DNA of 62,927 nucleotides, filler included, from Asterionella formosa (GCA_002256025.1; 15 parts of 15 records of this genome joined end to end with filler, not necessarily neighbours in it), one strand, 5' to 3'. Numbered from the whole stretch's first letter, positions 1 through 12,289 are shown. Notes: generated by a model from the sequence alone, not told the origin. A program made the numbers and translations.

Positions 1-283
1 AAGGAAGGGACTACCGCTGTGAGCATTCCTTTCTCTGCCTGGCCATTCATAGGATTCTTTCAGTGACCCTTCACTTACCCGATGAAGCGGCAAAGCCGCA
101 CAAAAGGACAGCGGATAGTCTTGTCATAGACATGGTCAGTTGCTATTATTTAAGTTAAGCAAAGAATATGTCACTAGATCATTCGCAGTTCTCTGCCAGG
201 TGGAAAGATCCTTCTTGTTCGCCGTGGTGGCTGATCGATGCCCTGCTGTGGCTGGTGCATGATACTTGCTGTACTCTCGGCCA

Positions 284-442
284 ACAGCAAGCATCACACT
301 GTATCCCTAACCCTAAACACTGTCAAATTACAAATACATGGTGGATGATACATTGGTGGGTCAGTCTACTTGCTGGACTCTCTACAGCAAGCATCACACT
401 GTATCCCTAACCCTAAACACTGTCGAATTACAAGTACCTGGT
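284..442 (+). repeat. Direct repeat of ~59 bp, two copies 100 bp apart, containing CCCTAACCCTAAA
   Basis: ACAGCAAGCATCACACTGTATCCCTAACCCTAAACACTGTC occurs at 284 and 384 and continues with a few mismatches. Confidence 0.9.
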
Positions 443-1021
443 ATCGTACATTATCAGGTACCCTGGTACCAGATACCATACTCCGTATGATTGTTGCCGA
501 GTATCGTACCGAATGTCGAATGTATCCTAGTGAGCAGTTTATGAAACAACACATCTCAGTGTTGTTACAACCTAGACTTTTTGATATTAGCTAGTATCCC
601 TCCCACAAAGTACGACTAGATAGGAAGGAGCACAATACATGGACCATCGCCATACCACCAAGTTACAGGCATGTGTGTATTCTCTCCCCTTCATTTATTC
701 TGCCCTTGACGACGAGACAGCAAAAGTAGAAATGTGGGAATATGCTTCAAATGCCGGTAGTACAATTTAAATACCGTTAGGTGTGCCCCTGGAAGATGTG
801 TAGCTCTGGGGGTTTCGCTGCCAATATCTCTGGTCCAGAACACTCGACATCAAGCTTTGTAAATCATGGTGATATGATAGCTGATGAACACCAGGCAATG
901 GTGATCGAGAGAAGCACGAACAATCTAGTCTAGGCTTCAAACTAGTACCGGTAGCAGAGAATGATAGTTGGCTGCAAGATTCAACCAACTTTTCTCTCCC
1001 AGCTGACTACCATTAATCAAG

Positions 1022-1121
1022 NNNNNNNNNNNNNNNNNNNNNNNNNNNNNNNNNNNNNNNNNNNNTTAATTAATTAANNNNNNNNNNNNNNNNNNNNNNN
1101 NNNNNNNNNNNNNNNNNNNNN
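1022..1121. other. Artificial contig linker (first of 14)
   Basis: 44 N + TTAATTAATTAA (stops in all six frames) + 44 N. The same linker occurs at 2143-2242, 3260-3359, 4381-4480, 5498-5597, 6619-6718, 23160-23259, 24280-24379, 25400-25499, 26520-26619, 43057-43156, 44177-44276, 45296-45395 and 46416-46515. Confidence 0.98.
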
Positions 1122-1210
1122 AGACTGTTTATCAGATCCCCCCGCCTTCTTTCTCAAACGTTCCCTTTCAACTCACAAAAATTCTGGTGTGACCGGTACT
1201 AACGTTCACA

Positions 1211-2122
1211 ATGATGACTCCTAGAACTCCATCGCATGTCGTCAATCCGAAGCGAGCTGCTGTCGCTAAGAACAACCTTCCAATGGGAGAATTCGACGTG
1301 CATTGCGGTAAGGGCCGTTCCAATTTCGGCCACATGGGCAACAAACGCTTCCAGGCAATCATCGCTCTGAACGTCCCCAGGTACAGACGAGCGGGAAAGA
1401 AACGCGGCATCAAGTCCGATATTGTCAAGGCAGTCTTGAAGGACGTTCGAACCTTGGGCAGCCGCTTCTTCCAGAAGAAAGGGGAGGACTGGATTCAGGT
1501 CGTCGAAGACAGAATTATGTTCGACAAGATCGGCCATGCACTACGCGACAGTTGCTCCAATGATACCTTTGTTCGAGCAGAAGGCTTCATGAACCTCAAC
1601 GGTTTCGAGTACGACAACGAAGATGACATTGCTGTCACAATTGCCACTGTAGCTGTTGCTGTGGGCGACCACGGTGATGTTGACGAGGACGAAGTCTACA
1701 TTCCGCTTTTGGTTCTTGATGACCCTGCCCTTTTGTTAAAAGTCCTCCCAGTAGTGCTAGACGATCCATCCGTTCTGATGGATGTGCTACCAGCGGTTCT
1801 GAGTGATCCGTCCATTTTGTTAGAAGTGCTCCCAGCGACGTCACGTGCAAGGCGCCAATCTTGGAGGGAAGCATCGCCTTCGGAACCGTATCCTTTTGCC
1901 GCGCTATATGTCCCTGCATTGCTTCATCCTGTGTTTCCTGTCGCTACAGTCCTGGCTGAACCTCTCAGGAGCCCAATGGTTCTGGTCTTTTGTGATGTCG
2001 ATGAACAAGAACGGAAAGCATCTAGAATGCAAGCAGAGAATAGCTCATATGGCCATCTAGAGTACCTCTTTCAACCGGGCCATGAAGGAGAACTTGATGC
2101 TTTGCTCAACGATCTACGTTAG
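1211..2122 (+). CDS. DUF6824-domain protein (diatom-expanded family), 303 aa
   Basis: The N-terminus has DVHCGKG...HMGNKRFQAII...RY...KSDIV..VL..VR..GSRFF...W.......DKIGHALRD, matching the DUF6824 pattern (DVLCGRG...H.GN..FR...GRFL...W...K..HALRD). An acidic, low-complexity tail follows. Confidence 0.85.
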   Translation: MMTPRTPSHVVNPKRAAVAKNNLPMGEFDVHCGKGRSNFGHMGNKRFQAIIALNVPRYRRAGKKRGIKSDIVKAVLKDVRTLGSRFFQKKGEDWIQVVEDRIMFDKIGHALRDSCSNDTFVRAEGFMNLNGFEYDNEDDIAVTIATVAVAVGDHGDVDEDEVYIPLLVLDDPALLLKVLPVVLDDPSVLMDVLPAVLSDPSILLEVLPATSRARRQSWREASPSEPYPFAALYVPALLHPVFPVATVLAEPLRSPMVLVFCDVDEQERKASRMQAENSSYGHLEYLFQPGHEGELDALLNDLR

Positions 2123-2728
2123 GTCCAAGGAAACAATACTACNNNNNNNNNNNNNNNNNNNNNNNNNNNNNNNNNNNNNNNNNNNNTTAATTAATTAANN
2201 NNNNNNNNNNNNNNNNNNNNNNNNNNNNNNNNNNNNNNNNNNTGCTATGCTGAGACATCCGGCAATTTCTCTGCTTACAATATAAGGGAACGAGCTTGCC
2301 ATACTGAGGAGCTGAACAGAAGATATGCTGCTGCAAGAGAAGAAAATGTTCATCTACCTTATGAACATTACCTTACTACGGGTAGTATGTTGGAGGCTAT
2401 AAAGACTCCGGGTGACGTTGAGAGTCTGATGAGTCAAGTCGTGAAATGTTTCATGGGACTGACAGTGGGATCAAAATTAGTTGGAGTAGAAGTCTTGAAT
2501 TGTATTTGGTAAGATTGAATTTGACAGGATTAAGTTTGGCAGGACCAGTTGGCAGGATTGAAGGTTTAGATATAATTACAATTAGTTCACAATCTGAGAA
2601 ACCTTGCTGACTTGAATACTAAGGTACTAGTCTTTGGAGCCCTTCAACATACTTCGAAGTATAAAGGTTAGGACCCAGAGGCTGATTGTCGGTGAAAGAA
2701 AGAAAACAAAAGTTTGTACTAAGTCACA

Positions 2729-3259
2729 ATGGATGGATCCAAGGATAGTGACAAGATGAGTGTGAGACTTCCAATGTTTGATGGAGACCAGCCACAAGAA
2801 ATTTCAAATGTGGAATACTCGATTTAGAGCATTTGCCACTGTTAGCAGATTTGCTGAGGCATTAGCTCCACAGGCTATGATGCCAGCAAGAGAAGATGAG
2901 TTGATTGATGAAACAACTGATGATGGCAGGATGAAAGCATTGGCTGGCCATCAGGAGAAATGGTGTAGCTATGGCTAATTTATCAATGGCTTTCACATCT
3001 GAAGGAACAATGGGATTGGTGTACAAGGCGATGACTCCAGAGTGGCCAGGTGGGCTTGCTTATTTAGTAATGGAAGCTCTGAACAAGAAGTATCGACCTC
3101 AAGACACAATTACAAGAGTTGAGCTCAGGCAGAAGCTCAATAAAGTGGCCATGAAGAAAAACCAAGACCCTGCTACTTTGTTTGAGCAAGTGAGTAGTAT
3201 TGAGAATCAATACAATGCTCCAGGGGTCAAGATAGCTAGATGAAGGTGATTTGATTGCT
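2729..3259 (+). pseudogene. Ty1/copia retrotransposon gag, 5' part, frameshifted
   Basis: MDGSKDSDKMSVRLPMFDG/KFQMWNTRFRAFA.../WPGGLAYLVMEALNKKYRPQDTITRVELRQKLNKVAMKKNQDPATLFEQVSSIENQY spans three frames. Upstream GGTTAGGACCCAG (~2666-2678) resembles the copia half-tRNAiMet primer site GGTTATGGGCCCAG. Confidence 0.75.
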
Positions 3260-3359
3260 NNNNNNNNNNNNNNNNNNNNNNNNNNNNNNNNNNNNNNNNN
3301 NNNTTAATTAATTAANNNNNNNNNNNNNNNNNNNNNNNNNNNNNNNNNNNNNNNNNNNN

Positions 3360-3700
3360 AAAACCAGTTGACTGGTGCACTTCCATCAGAAATTGGCCAT
3401 TTAACAAATGCCATAGAGTTTTATATTGGGAAAAATAAGTTTACTGGTATAATTCCCTCAGAAATTGGTCTCATGTCTGCATTGAGTGAGTTATTTGAGC
3501 CTAAATTTATATTTCTTGAATGTTTGTGCTAATATTTCACTTTCTTGGCAGCTGTATTATCTCTTGGAATGAACAATTTTACAGGCACAGTTCCAACAGA
3601 AGCATGTAGTATTGCACCTTCAGAAGGAATAGCTGTTTGCCCACCACTGATTTGCAACTGCAGCAGTTCCTGTAAAAAAAGCTCGACTTGTGCTGGTTAG
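3360..3700 (+). CDS. 3' end of a plant-type LRR protein gene (exons <3360-3485 and 3552-3700)
   Basis: Not in the ORF track; read directly as NQLTGALPSEIGHLTNAIEFYIGKNKFTGIIPSEIGLMSAL, then intron 3486-3551 (GTGAGT...GCTAAT...GGCAG), then TVLSLGMNNFTGTVPTEACS...ICNCSSSCKKSSTCAG*. It shows LxGxIPxEIG repeats and a Cys-rich cap. Confidence 0.85.
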
Positions 3701-3890
3701 TCACCTTAGCTTGGATGATTTGTGAACATGCATACAATTTTTTATCTTGCAGCTGGTGGATTGGTGGACTAACAAGTATTTGCGGGTATGAACTCTTGGC
3801 AATTATATATTTTTATTTTTTATCTAATAAGAAGCCACATTATGATGGTCCTTCCAATTTTTGGTCAGAATGTTTATTTTGTGCAATACT

Positions 3891-4290
3891 ACATCTAAGC
3901 CTCAAAATACGCCACTTTTCGAAATTTTGTCTACGTATGAGTGTTAATTATGTGGTACTTCACATGCATTAATGCCACTCTTCACGTAAAAAAGATTACT
4001 TTTAACGGTTTCATGTGAAGTTTTAACTGTTTCATGTGAAGTTTTCACAATGAATTTTGAACACGAGACTGAATGAGTTGATGTTTCAAATAATTCATTT
4101 GACTTTTCGAAATTTCGTCTACGCACGAGTGTTAATTATGTGGTACTTCACATGCATTAATGCCACTCTTCACGTAAAAAAGGTTACTTTTAACGGTTTC
4201 ATGTGAAGTTTTAACTGTTTCATGTGAAGTTTTCACAATGAATTTTGAATGCGAGACTGAATTAGTTGATGTTTCAAATAATTCATTTGA
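3891..4290 (+). repeat. Dispersed repeat starting ACATCTAAG (probable transposon end), here with a 188-bp tandem duplication
   Basis: The same sequence starts at 22948 and 42929 with unrelated left flanks. Segment 3915-4102 is repeated at 4103-4290. Confidence 0.85.
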
Positions 4291-4480
4291 AAGTTCAATT
4301 GATTTCGTTCAAACAGTTTGTTTTGATGCCGATGACTATGATAATGGTTTATTCCTTGATAGTTTAGTAGATCATGATGCNNNNNNNNNNNNNNNNNNNN
4401 NNNNNNNNNNNNNNNNNNNNNNNNTTAATTAATTAANNNNNNNNNNNNNNNNNNNNNNNNNNNNNNNNNNNNNNNNNNNN

Positions 4481-5370
4481 TGTGTAGACAGTGGCATCAA
4501 CAGGTATTGTGCAAAGGTAATTTCTTTGTTACAACATATTGATCAAAATATTCAATTTACCAGGTGTTTACAATTGAGTCTTTGTTTTACAATTAATAGC
4601 ATTCAAAGTGTAGTTCAGAGTGCATTGACTAGATATGATATGATTTACTAAAAATAAGTATATCTATTCATTTGGGACAGGTACGTGAATTGTGCCCATT
4701 CACCCCACAATTACCACATTGATTTCCACTGACATATTCAAATCTTGACTTATCTCGTTGATTAGCACGGTTCTTAGAGACTGGAGGACGTCCACGCTTC
4801 CTAACTACACTGACCACTGGATTTGAAAGCATATGTAGCGGTCGAGAAGTGGCTTCCTCAAGTCTTTGCAATAAAACGGGAACTTGATCAGCATCTACCG
4901 AATATAGGGTCTCTTGGATTGAGTTCAGCCGCTTCTGTCGTGGAGAGGAAACATTGGCTGCTGGGGATGAAGTCTCATGCTGAAGCATCCAATGCTCGTG
5001 AAAATCGGTGCTTTGGAATGTTCCAGAGCTTACATATCCTTATAATACTTGGTAACAGCTTCAATGCATTTTTCCCGAGAATCAAATGTGACTTGATCCA
5101 TTAGATTGACGTCGGATAAATTTTCATCTCCCTCCTCTGTATTGTCCCCAATAGGTTCTGACAGCTTTGGTTGAGGAGGCATCAGAGTCAATTCGAACAC
5201 AATGATGTGCATGCGTTAGCACGGCAGTGTCGTGGAGGAGTCAACTAAGATTCGTGTGGCAAAAAAGTATTGGTGGTTTATACGAAGACTATTTAGGCTA
5301 GTAGGGTTTAAGGGTTTATCAAAAAGAGGGGGACGAAATATCGATATAGGGGGACGAAATATCTTTTTCC
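4481..5370 (-). mobile_element. Internally deleted MULE/Mutator-like DNA transposon, copy 1 (truncated by contig end)
   Basis: The minus strand starts GGAAAAAGATATTTCGTCCCCC. It carries an N-terminal piece (TFDSREKCIEAVTKYY) joined to a C-terminal piece: DFHEHWML...RKRGRP (AT-hook)...CGNCGVNGHNSRTC (CCHC knuckle). The DDE core is missing. Confidence 0.7.
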
Positions 5371-5597
5371 TATATTATATGCAAGCAAATTCTTTCTTTG
5401 CTTGGGGGGCATAAATGCATTGGCACCACATTTTCTGATGTACGGTACCTGGTACAGGTACCCTGGTATCCTGGTGGTACCAGGTACCTGTTTTCAGNNN
5501 NNNNNNNNNNNNNNNNNNNNNNNNNNNNNNNNNNNNNNNNNTTAATTAATTAANNNNNNNNNNNNNNNNNNNNNNNNNNNNNNNNNNNNNNNNNNNN

Positions 5598-6491
5598 TGT
5601 GTAGACAGTGGCATCAACAGGTATTGTGCAAAGGTAATTTCTTTGTTACAACATATTGATCAAAATATTCAATTTACCAGGTGTTTACAATTGAGTCTTT
5701 GTTTAACAATTAATAGCATTCAAAGTGTAGTTCAGAGTGCATTGACTAAATATATATGATATGATTTACTAAAAATAAGTATATCTATTCATTTGGGACA
5801 GGTACGTGAATTGTGCCCATTCACCCCACAATTACCACATTGATTTCCACTGACATATTCAAATCTTGACTTATCTCGTTGATTAGCACGGTTCTTAGAG
5901 CCTGGAGGACGTCCACGCTTCCTAACTACACTGACCACTGGATTTGAAAGCATATGTAGCGGTCGAGAAGTGGCTTCCTCAAGTCTTTGCAATAAAACGG
6001 GAACTTGATCAGCATCTACCGAATATAGGGTCTCTTGGATTGAGTTCAGCCGCTTCTGTCGTGGAGAGGAGACATTGGCTGCTGGGGATGAAGTCTCATG
6101 CTGAAGCATCCAATGCTCGTGAAAATCGGTGCTTTGGAATGTTCCAGAGCTTACATATCCTTATAATACTTGGTAACAGCTTCAATGCATTTTTCCCGAG
6201 AATCAAATGTGACTTGATCCATTAGATTGACGTCGGATAAATTTTCATCTCCCTCCTCTGTATTGTCCCCAATAGGTTCTGACAGCTTTGGTTGAGGAGG
6301 CATCAGAGTCAATTCGAACACAATGATGTGCATGCGTTAGCACGGCAGTGTCGTGGAGGAGCCAACTAAAATTCGTGTGGCAAAAAAGTATTGGTGGTTT
6401 ATACGAAGACTATGTAGGCTAGTAGGGTTTAAGGGTTTATCAAAAAGAGGGGGACGAAATATCGATATAGGGGGACGAAATATCTTTTTCC
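5598..6491 (-). mobile_element. Internally deleted MULE-like element, copy 2
   Basis: Near-identical to 4481-5370. Identity ends at ...ATCTTTTTCC(TA), after which the AT-rich flanks differ. Confidence 0.7.
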
Positions 6492-6718
6492 TAAATATAA
6501 TATTGTTTTGTTTCATTTGTTATACATCTTGTTTGATGAACCAAGACGAGGAGAGTTCGCTGTGACGTTTGGGTGTCCATTGCAAAGAGAGGGTTTGCAC
6601 TGGAGGAGGTATCGGAAGNNNNNNNNNNNNNNNNNNNNNNNNNNNNNNNNNNNNNNNNNNNNTTAATTAATTAANNNNNNNNNNNNNNNNNNNNNNNNNN
6701 NNNNNNNNNNNNNNNNNN

Positions 6719-9700
6719 TGGCATTGATCAGCGAACCAACAAAACGTGATTGCAATTCACATTGTGCCCGAAGACTTAGTTGAAATTTGGTCACACCCAC
6801 CAGATTTGTTTCCTGTTAAAAATGGTTCTCCATGGCTTGTCCTGCCTATAAAATACACTGGAGCAAGAACATCACGCCAGACTTGGTATCCTTGGCTTCC
6901 CTTTTGGGACCAGAAAAAAGCACATTAGATTGATCTTCTTTTTTACAGTACCTGCAATTCGCGAACTATAACCTCATACTTACATGTTCACAGCAAAACT
7001 TCTTGGTCTTGAAAATAAAACTCACAACCTTTGTTACAATTGATGGATCAATTTTAGCTAAGCGGGAACGACGTTCTGATAAGGCTGCTGAAATTGAAGA
7101 TTCTTGATAACCTCGTATGGACGAGTTTTGAACCGAATTACTACCTTTGTAGTGATTGAGTTCATTGACCAATTGATAATATCCTTTGGCAAGTGCAAAA
7201 TGTTCTTCCCTCAGTTTCTCATGTACTTGTTAGTCCGTGCGATTAGAAAATTTATGATATGGTACCATGTCGTCCATCTGCATCCAAAAGTTATTAATGG
7301 TATCATCGACAGGAGCCATCGACAACTGAAAAAGAAACGTCATCATCGCTTTCAGTATCAATTACGGGAGCATTTGTACTAGTAGCTGATGGTGTCCCCA
7401 TCAACAATGGGGTAGTGGGGGGGGGCCCCCTAAATCCCTGTCGCCGATTGGGTTCCTTTGGATAATCGCCTATTCGCTTTTTCTTTGTTAACTCATTTTG
7501 GATTTTGGTACTTGCTTCTTTGTTCCATACCGGCAGTATTTGCCACATGTCGCTTGTTTCCATGAACCTCTTTATGGTTTTTTGAAGACATTGCTTGTAC
7601 TAGCTACTAGATAACTGTTGTCGTTGTCTTGCTTAAAGTTCGATGATCTTAAAATCAGGTGTTGCAAGCTACAATGAAATGAATCATCAGCCACTACATA
7701 TAATATTTTACGCTGTCTAGATATGCTGATACCATAAAACCAACAGTGCTATTTACATTATCATATACAAAATCAGAACCAAGTTTGAGTAATAGCATAT
7801 CTTGTTTTCAATTACAATTATACGACTATACAATTCTAAAAATATGATGCTTTACTGTCCCGCTGCAGTAGCAGCAGTCATGAACATATGGTGTTCTGTT
7901 GCTTGCTTATTACTCTGACTACTATCTTTCAATTTTACGATCGTACAATCCTAAAACTATGATGATTTACTGTCACGCTGTAGTAGCAACAGTCATGAAC
8001 ATATGGTGTTCTATTGCTTGCTTACTTCTCCGACTATTCTTTTTCAATTTTATGATCATACAATCCTAAAAATATGATGATTTAATGTCCCGCTGCAGTA
8101 GCAGCAGTCATGAACATATGGTGCTCTGTTGCTTGCTTACTACTCTGACTATCCTTTTTCAATTTTATGATCATACGATCCTAAAACTATGATGATTTGC
8201 TGTCACACTGCAGTAGCAACAGTCGTGAACATATGGTGTTCTGTTGCTTGCTTACTACCTGGTACTCTGACTACCTGGTACCCCCAGTATATCACTTCCT
8301 ACCTGCTACTGGTACTCTGTATATATATGATAAAATGTTATTGTTGTATGATGTACCGGTAAACATGAAGAACTCCCGCCCAAAAAAGGGCTTAAACAAT
8401 TTGCTACCAAAATTCTCGCGTATAAATAATGATACAAATGGGTAATGACTTAGTACACCAATTGAATGGTCTAAATAATTAGTTCCAACGGCCGTAGAAA
8501 ATATTGATGCAAGCAAATTTCAGAAACTGTACCGGTACACGAAGTCATGTAAAACATTTGACATATCGTGCATTGAATATTTTTGAATTATGTATATGCG
8601 AATATGATCATCTCAACAATACCAGATGTTCCATATTGAGAGTGCCTTTGATTTTCATAAATCTACGACACTTGATATATTTATATATTTACAAATTTTA
8701 TAACTATATACCTGGCAAATACATTTGAAATCATTCTGTCATGTTAACAAACAATGCCTGCATCATGAAAAGAAATATTGTAGTAAAGCACATGACAAGA
8801 AAGGAAAGTTTACGCAATAACGAAAAACATTGTGGCTTCGACACATTGCGCCTTCGAAGGATGGAGTATGTTTAAGGTTATGAAGCCATCAATGTGGTAC
8901 TTGGATGACAATCAGCCATTGGGAGGTAGGACAACAATTAATTGTAAACTAAACACACATTTCCTTTTTTCTCAGTTGATTCAACAGCTCGTTTCGCTTG
9001 TTGGGGAGCACCAATGTAAAATAAAACAAAACAAAATTGGTAAGTGCTCTCGTTGTTGGACTTATTCACTTCTGATGGAACATAACTGACAGACTCGCCA
9101 CTTTACCTTCTCTCAACGTTAAGCTAACGAAAATGAATCGGTAAGTTTTTTTCGGCAACATTGAAAACCTGAAACTTACTTATTCAAGAATTTACTGACA
9201 ATTTACTATTAATTTACTGACAATTTACTATTACAGACTTATGCATCACTTGCTTTGATTTGGCTGTGGTAAGTGAAGCAAGCAAGAGGATACGATGGAA
9301 TGGCGTGATGTTGTGTCAGTGTAACATGTCTAGCTAACAAGTCGTTCCTTCTCATTGTTACTGTAACTGCATAGGACAATAAAACCAATCAAACAACGGA
9401 ATAGTCGGCAAGTTCAGAATGAAACTAAAAGGAGCGAGAGAGACGCAACATTAGTAAGGCATTGCTTGGCACAAGATTCAGAAAAGAGGAAGAAAAGGGC
9501 GAGACAGGAACAATATACATTGAGCCGAGTAGAGAGAGAAACGTTGGGTCGCTGGCATGTAGAATAATAGATAGCATTGCTAAATTTGATTTTTTGAATT
9601 ACAATCCAATTCAGTCTATTTTGAACAATGCTTGTGATTAGAATTATGATGATGTTTATACGATAGATTTACGATGAAACAATTTAGATCATAGCATGGA

Positions 9701-9940
9701 GTTGAGCTTATTTTAGGATGTGTTGTAATAATAATTTACATCGGGCAATCACGAGAATTGAAAATAATATGAGAAGGTTTATGATGTTGATGAGTAATTT
9801 TGTTGATCAGTTGATATACATTGTGTGATGATAATGTTCTTATTATCATTATACTTCAAGGTCAGTAAAATATTAATAAATCATCACAGTTATAGGATAC
9901 CTTGATCATAGTTTTGATCCAAAAATTATCATATATATAC
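6719..9940 (-). mobile_element. Partial second copy of the large Plavaka-type element (reverse complement of ~35565-39290)
   Basis: Position 6719 pairs with 39290 and ~9935 with ~35565. This copy lacks ~540 bp corresponding to ~38572-39108 (junction near 6900). Confidence 0.85.
7806..8270 (+). repeat. Tandem array, 4 x 115 bp, ABAB higher-order structure
   Basis: GTC(A/G)TGAACATATG occurs at 7877, 7992, 8107 and 8222. Units alternate AAAAATATG/GCAGCAG with AAAACTATG/GCAACAG. Confidence 0.92.
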
Positions 9941-10299
9941 ATTCTTTTCTTAGATTTAACATATCTATTACATCTTTAACACTGCACTAAACTAAGACAT
10001 ATTAGCTGTGTTTGTAAATGAAGAAATGTCTGCAAATAGAATCATTTTATTCGTGTTAGGCCCATTACATAATGGCAATGATATGATCATATAATTTCAA
10101 TATATCTTCTAATATTTATAATAATTATTATCATAGAGAATATTCTATGTATAAATACATAGATACATGTATTTATGTAATGTTTACCATCACACTACAA
10201 CAATCAGCAATTGCTTATTCAATTGACATATTACAAGCCTGTAATCGAAGTCCAAGGCACATCAATACACATGAGTCTTCATCTTCTTCACAAGGTCTT

Positions 10300-10850
10300 C
10301 GCTTGCCACTGGAACGCATTGATAGCACTGCTGGATTGAATTGGCCAGAGTCAATGGCATGACATGGTAAGCCAACATGAACTGATGAGCTTGAATGGAA
10401 AAGATTTGTTCCTCTGATAGAAATGATCTAGCTAACGCTTCTCCTTGCCCCCTTCATTTCTACTTCAGTGACAGGTTTCGCTCGATCGGTATGCCCCTTT
10501 GGCATAGGCAGCACACAGATATACAACTCCCTGCCGCTCTGCAAGCAATTTCCGCATGAGGACACTTCGGTGTAAACATGATGACCTCTAGGCAACAAAC
10601 GCCAAGATTGGTCCCAGCCAAGCAATGTGCTCATCATTCCTTTGTTCTCTTTCAAGATTTCAGTAAACATTGAAATGATGTGCCTCAAACGTGAATCAAG
10701 GTTGAAGATTTCTTGTGCATCTTGCCGTCGAGTAAAAGTGGTATCACAGTAAGGTAAGGTTTTGTCATCAATAAACCCTCTTCCCCACAAGACTTGCATT
10801 AACCCCTTTGCTTTGCCTTCCCAGCCTTCCTTGACTTATATTACTTGTCG
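10300..10850 (-). pseudogene. Degenerate DDE transposase C-terminus (IS630/Tc1-mariner-like)
   Basis: The minus strand reads EGWEGKAKGLMQVLWGRGFID and, in another frame, FTPKCPHAEIA. This resembles the KG..QVL.ERG...TPK.H.E motifs of these transposases. Multiple frameshifts are present. Confidence 0.55.
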
Positions 10851-12289
10851 TAGCTAGTTTCAATTTTCATACTAGTCTATGAAGAAATAATCTGAAGCTC
10901 GCATTTGTTTTTACCTTTGGCTAGTGCTAGCTATTCTTGAAGCAAGTTAAGCTATCAATTGCGACCGAGTTCTACGAGAGTTTTATTGCGCTACTAGGGA
11001 CATCATGTTGGCATGAATGTCGCTCACCAGGAGTCATCCAGAATGTAGCAATTTCAACAAGCTGGACTAGAAGATTTTGTATTTGTCCAAGCCACTTGCA
11101 GTTGTGGGTCATATGAAATCAAGGTCCCTGTTCAAGGATGATTTAGTGGATAATGGAATTTATGTCATCACAGCGTCTATGGCAAGAGCTGAAAAAATAA
11201 ATTATGGTAAAGCAAGAAAAATTCGCTGCTGACGGAACCGGCCATTCGGAAAAATATGGTCAAAATCCACCACAGATTTACCTACTGAAACTAGTAGATT
11301 AAGATTAAGCTCATAATTTACAATTTAATCTTATTTTACAATCCTGAATTACAATTCACAATAACAAACAAGTACCTATTAGCTACTTTATTCCTGACAA
11401 TTATAGGGCAAGAAGCACATATTTGAAAATTAGTACTTACAAATATTTTAAATTATTTTGGCATCTTGAGCTGTTGCATCAGTTCTGAATTTTTTACAGT
11501 AGATATACAAATAATCATCTAGCATACTTCATCAATCAAGAAAGGACCTGCGGATTCTGCCTCACTGGTGCTCCTACGTTCTTATTTGGTACAGCTCGGG
11601 TTGGAATTCAAAGACGTGGTTGTCCCATCCAAAACTCTCATTGTATTTCATTCATCACCGAATAAAAATAAAAGAAGCAATGACACGAAATCATAAGTAC
11701 AACTTCCACAGTGCTTTGAAGGTCTGCAACTGAGTATTTGTGTTATTGCTGCTGCAGCTGGACCTACTAGCATTGCTGTAGTAGTACTTAATCAAATTAT
11801 TGTGAATATTGGGGTTGTTAGCAACCAATCAGCAAGATATTCAGATCATTAGAATCTATCTGCCCACATCGCAGCACCATCCAACTGGAAAAGTCTATAC
11901 ATTTCATAAAGTGTGAAAGCAGAAAAGCACCAGTTCTGATATAGAAGTGGTTGGAATAGAAGCAGCATGCAAAGGAATTTAATGGTGAGTCCTTGAGAAA
12001 CAATGCATTCAACAAGTGCAAAGTTCATAATTGATCATGCTGGCTGATGTGGGGGTTCACTTACCCCTTCCTATTTCGGCAAAAATGATTCTGGAAATCA
12101 AAAAAATTTTAAACCTGTGATGTGAGTTTGATTGCTGGTAGGTATATTCCAAATTTTCTCCTTGAATCATTTTTTGGAACTTTGGACTTTCCATCAGCTC
12201 CCACCAGGAGGTCTACTTGGGGTTAGGTCTACTGTATAATACGTACGTAAATAATATCAATTTTTATGCAAACAAGGGAATGGCTTCCA

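Noticed and set aside
1066..1077. TTAATTAATTAA repeated 14 times, as a biological motif
   Set aside because: It is always centred in exactly 44+44 Ns and is a synthetic six-frame stop spacer.
7806..8270. CRISPR-like array (also considered for 37233-37685 and 60301-60460)
   Set aside because: Whole units repeat with no unique spacers, there are no cas genes, and the context is eukaryotic.
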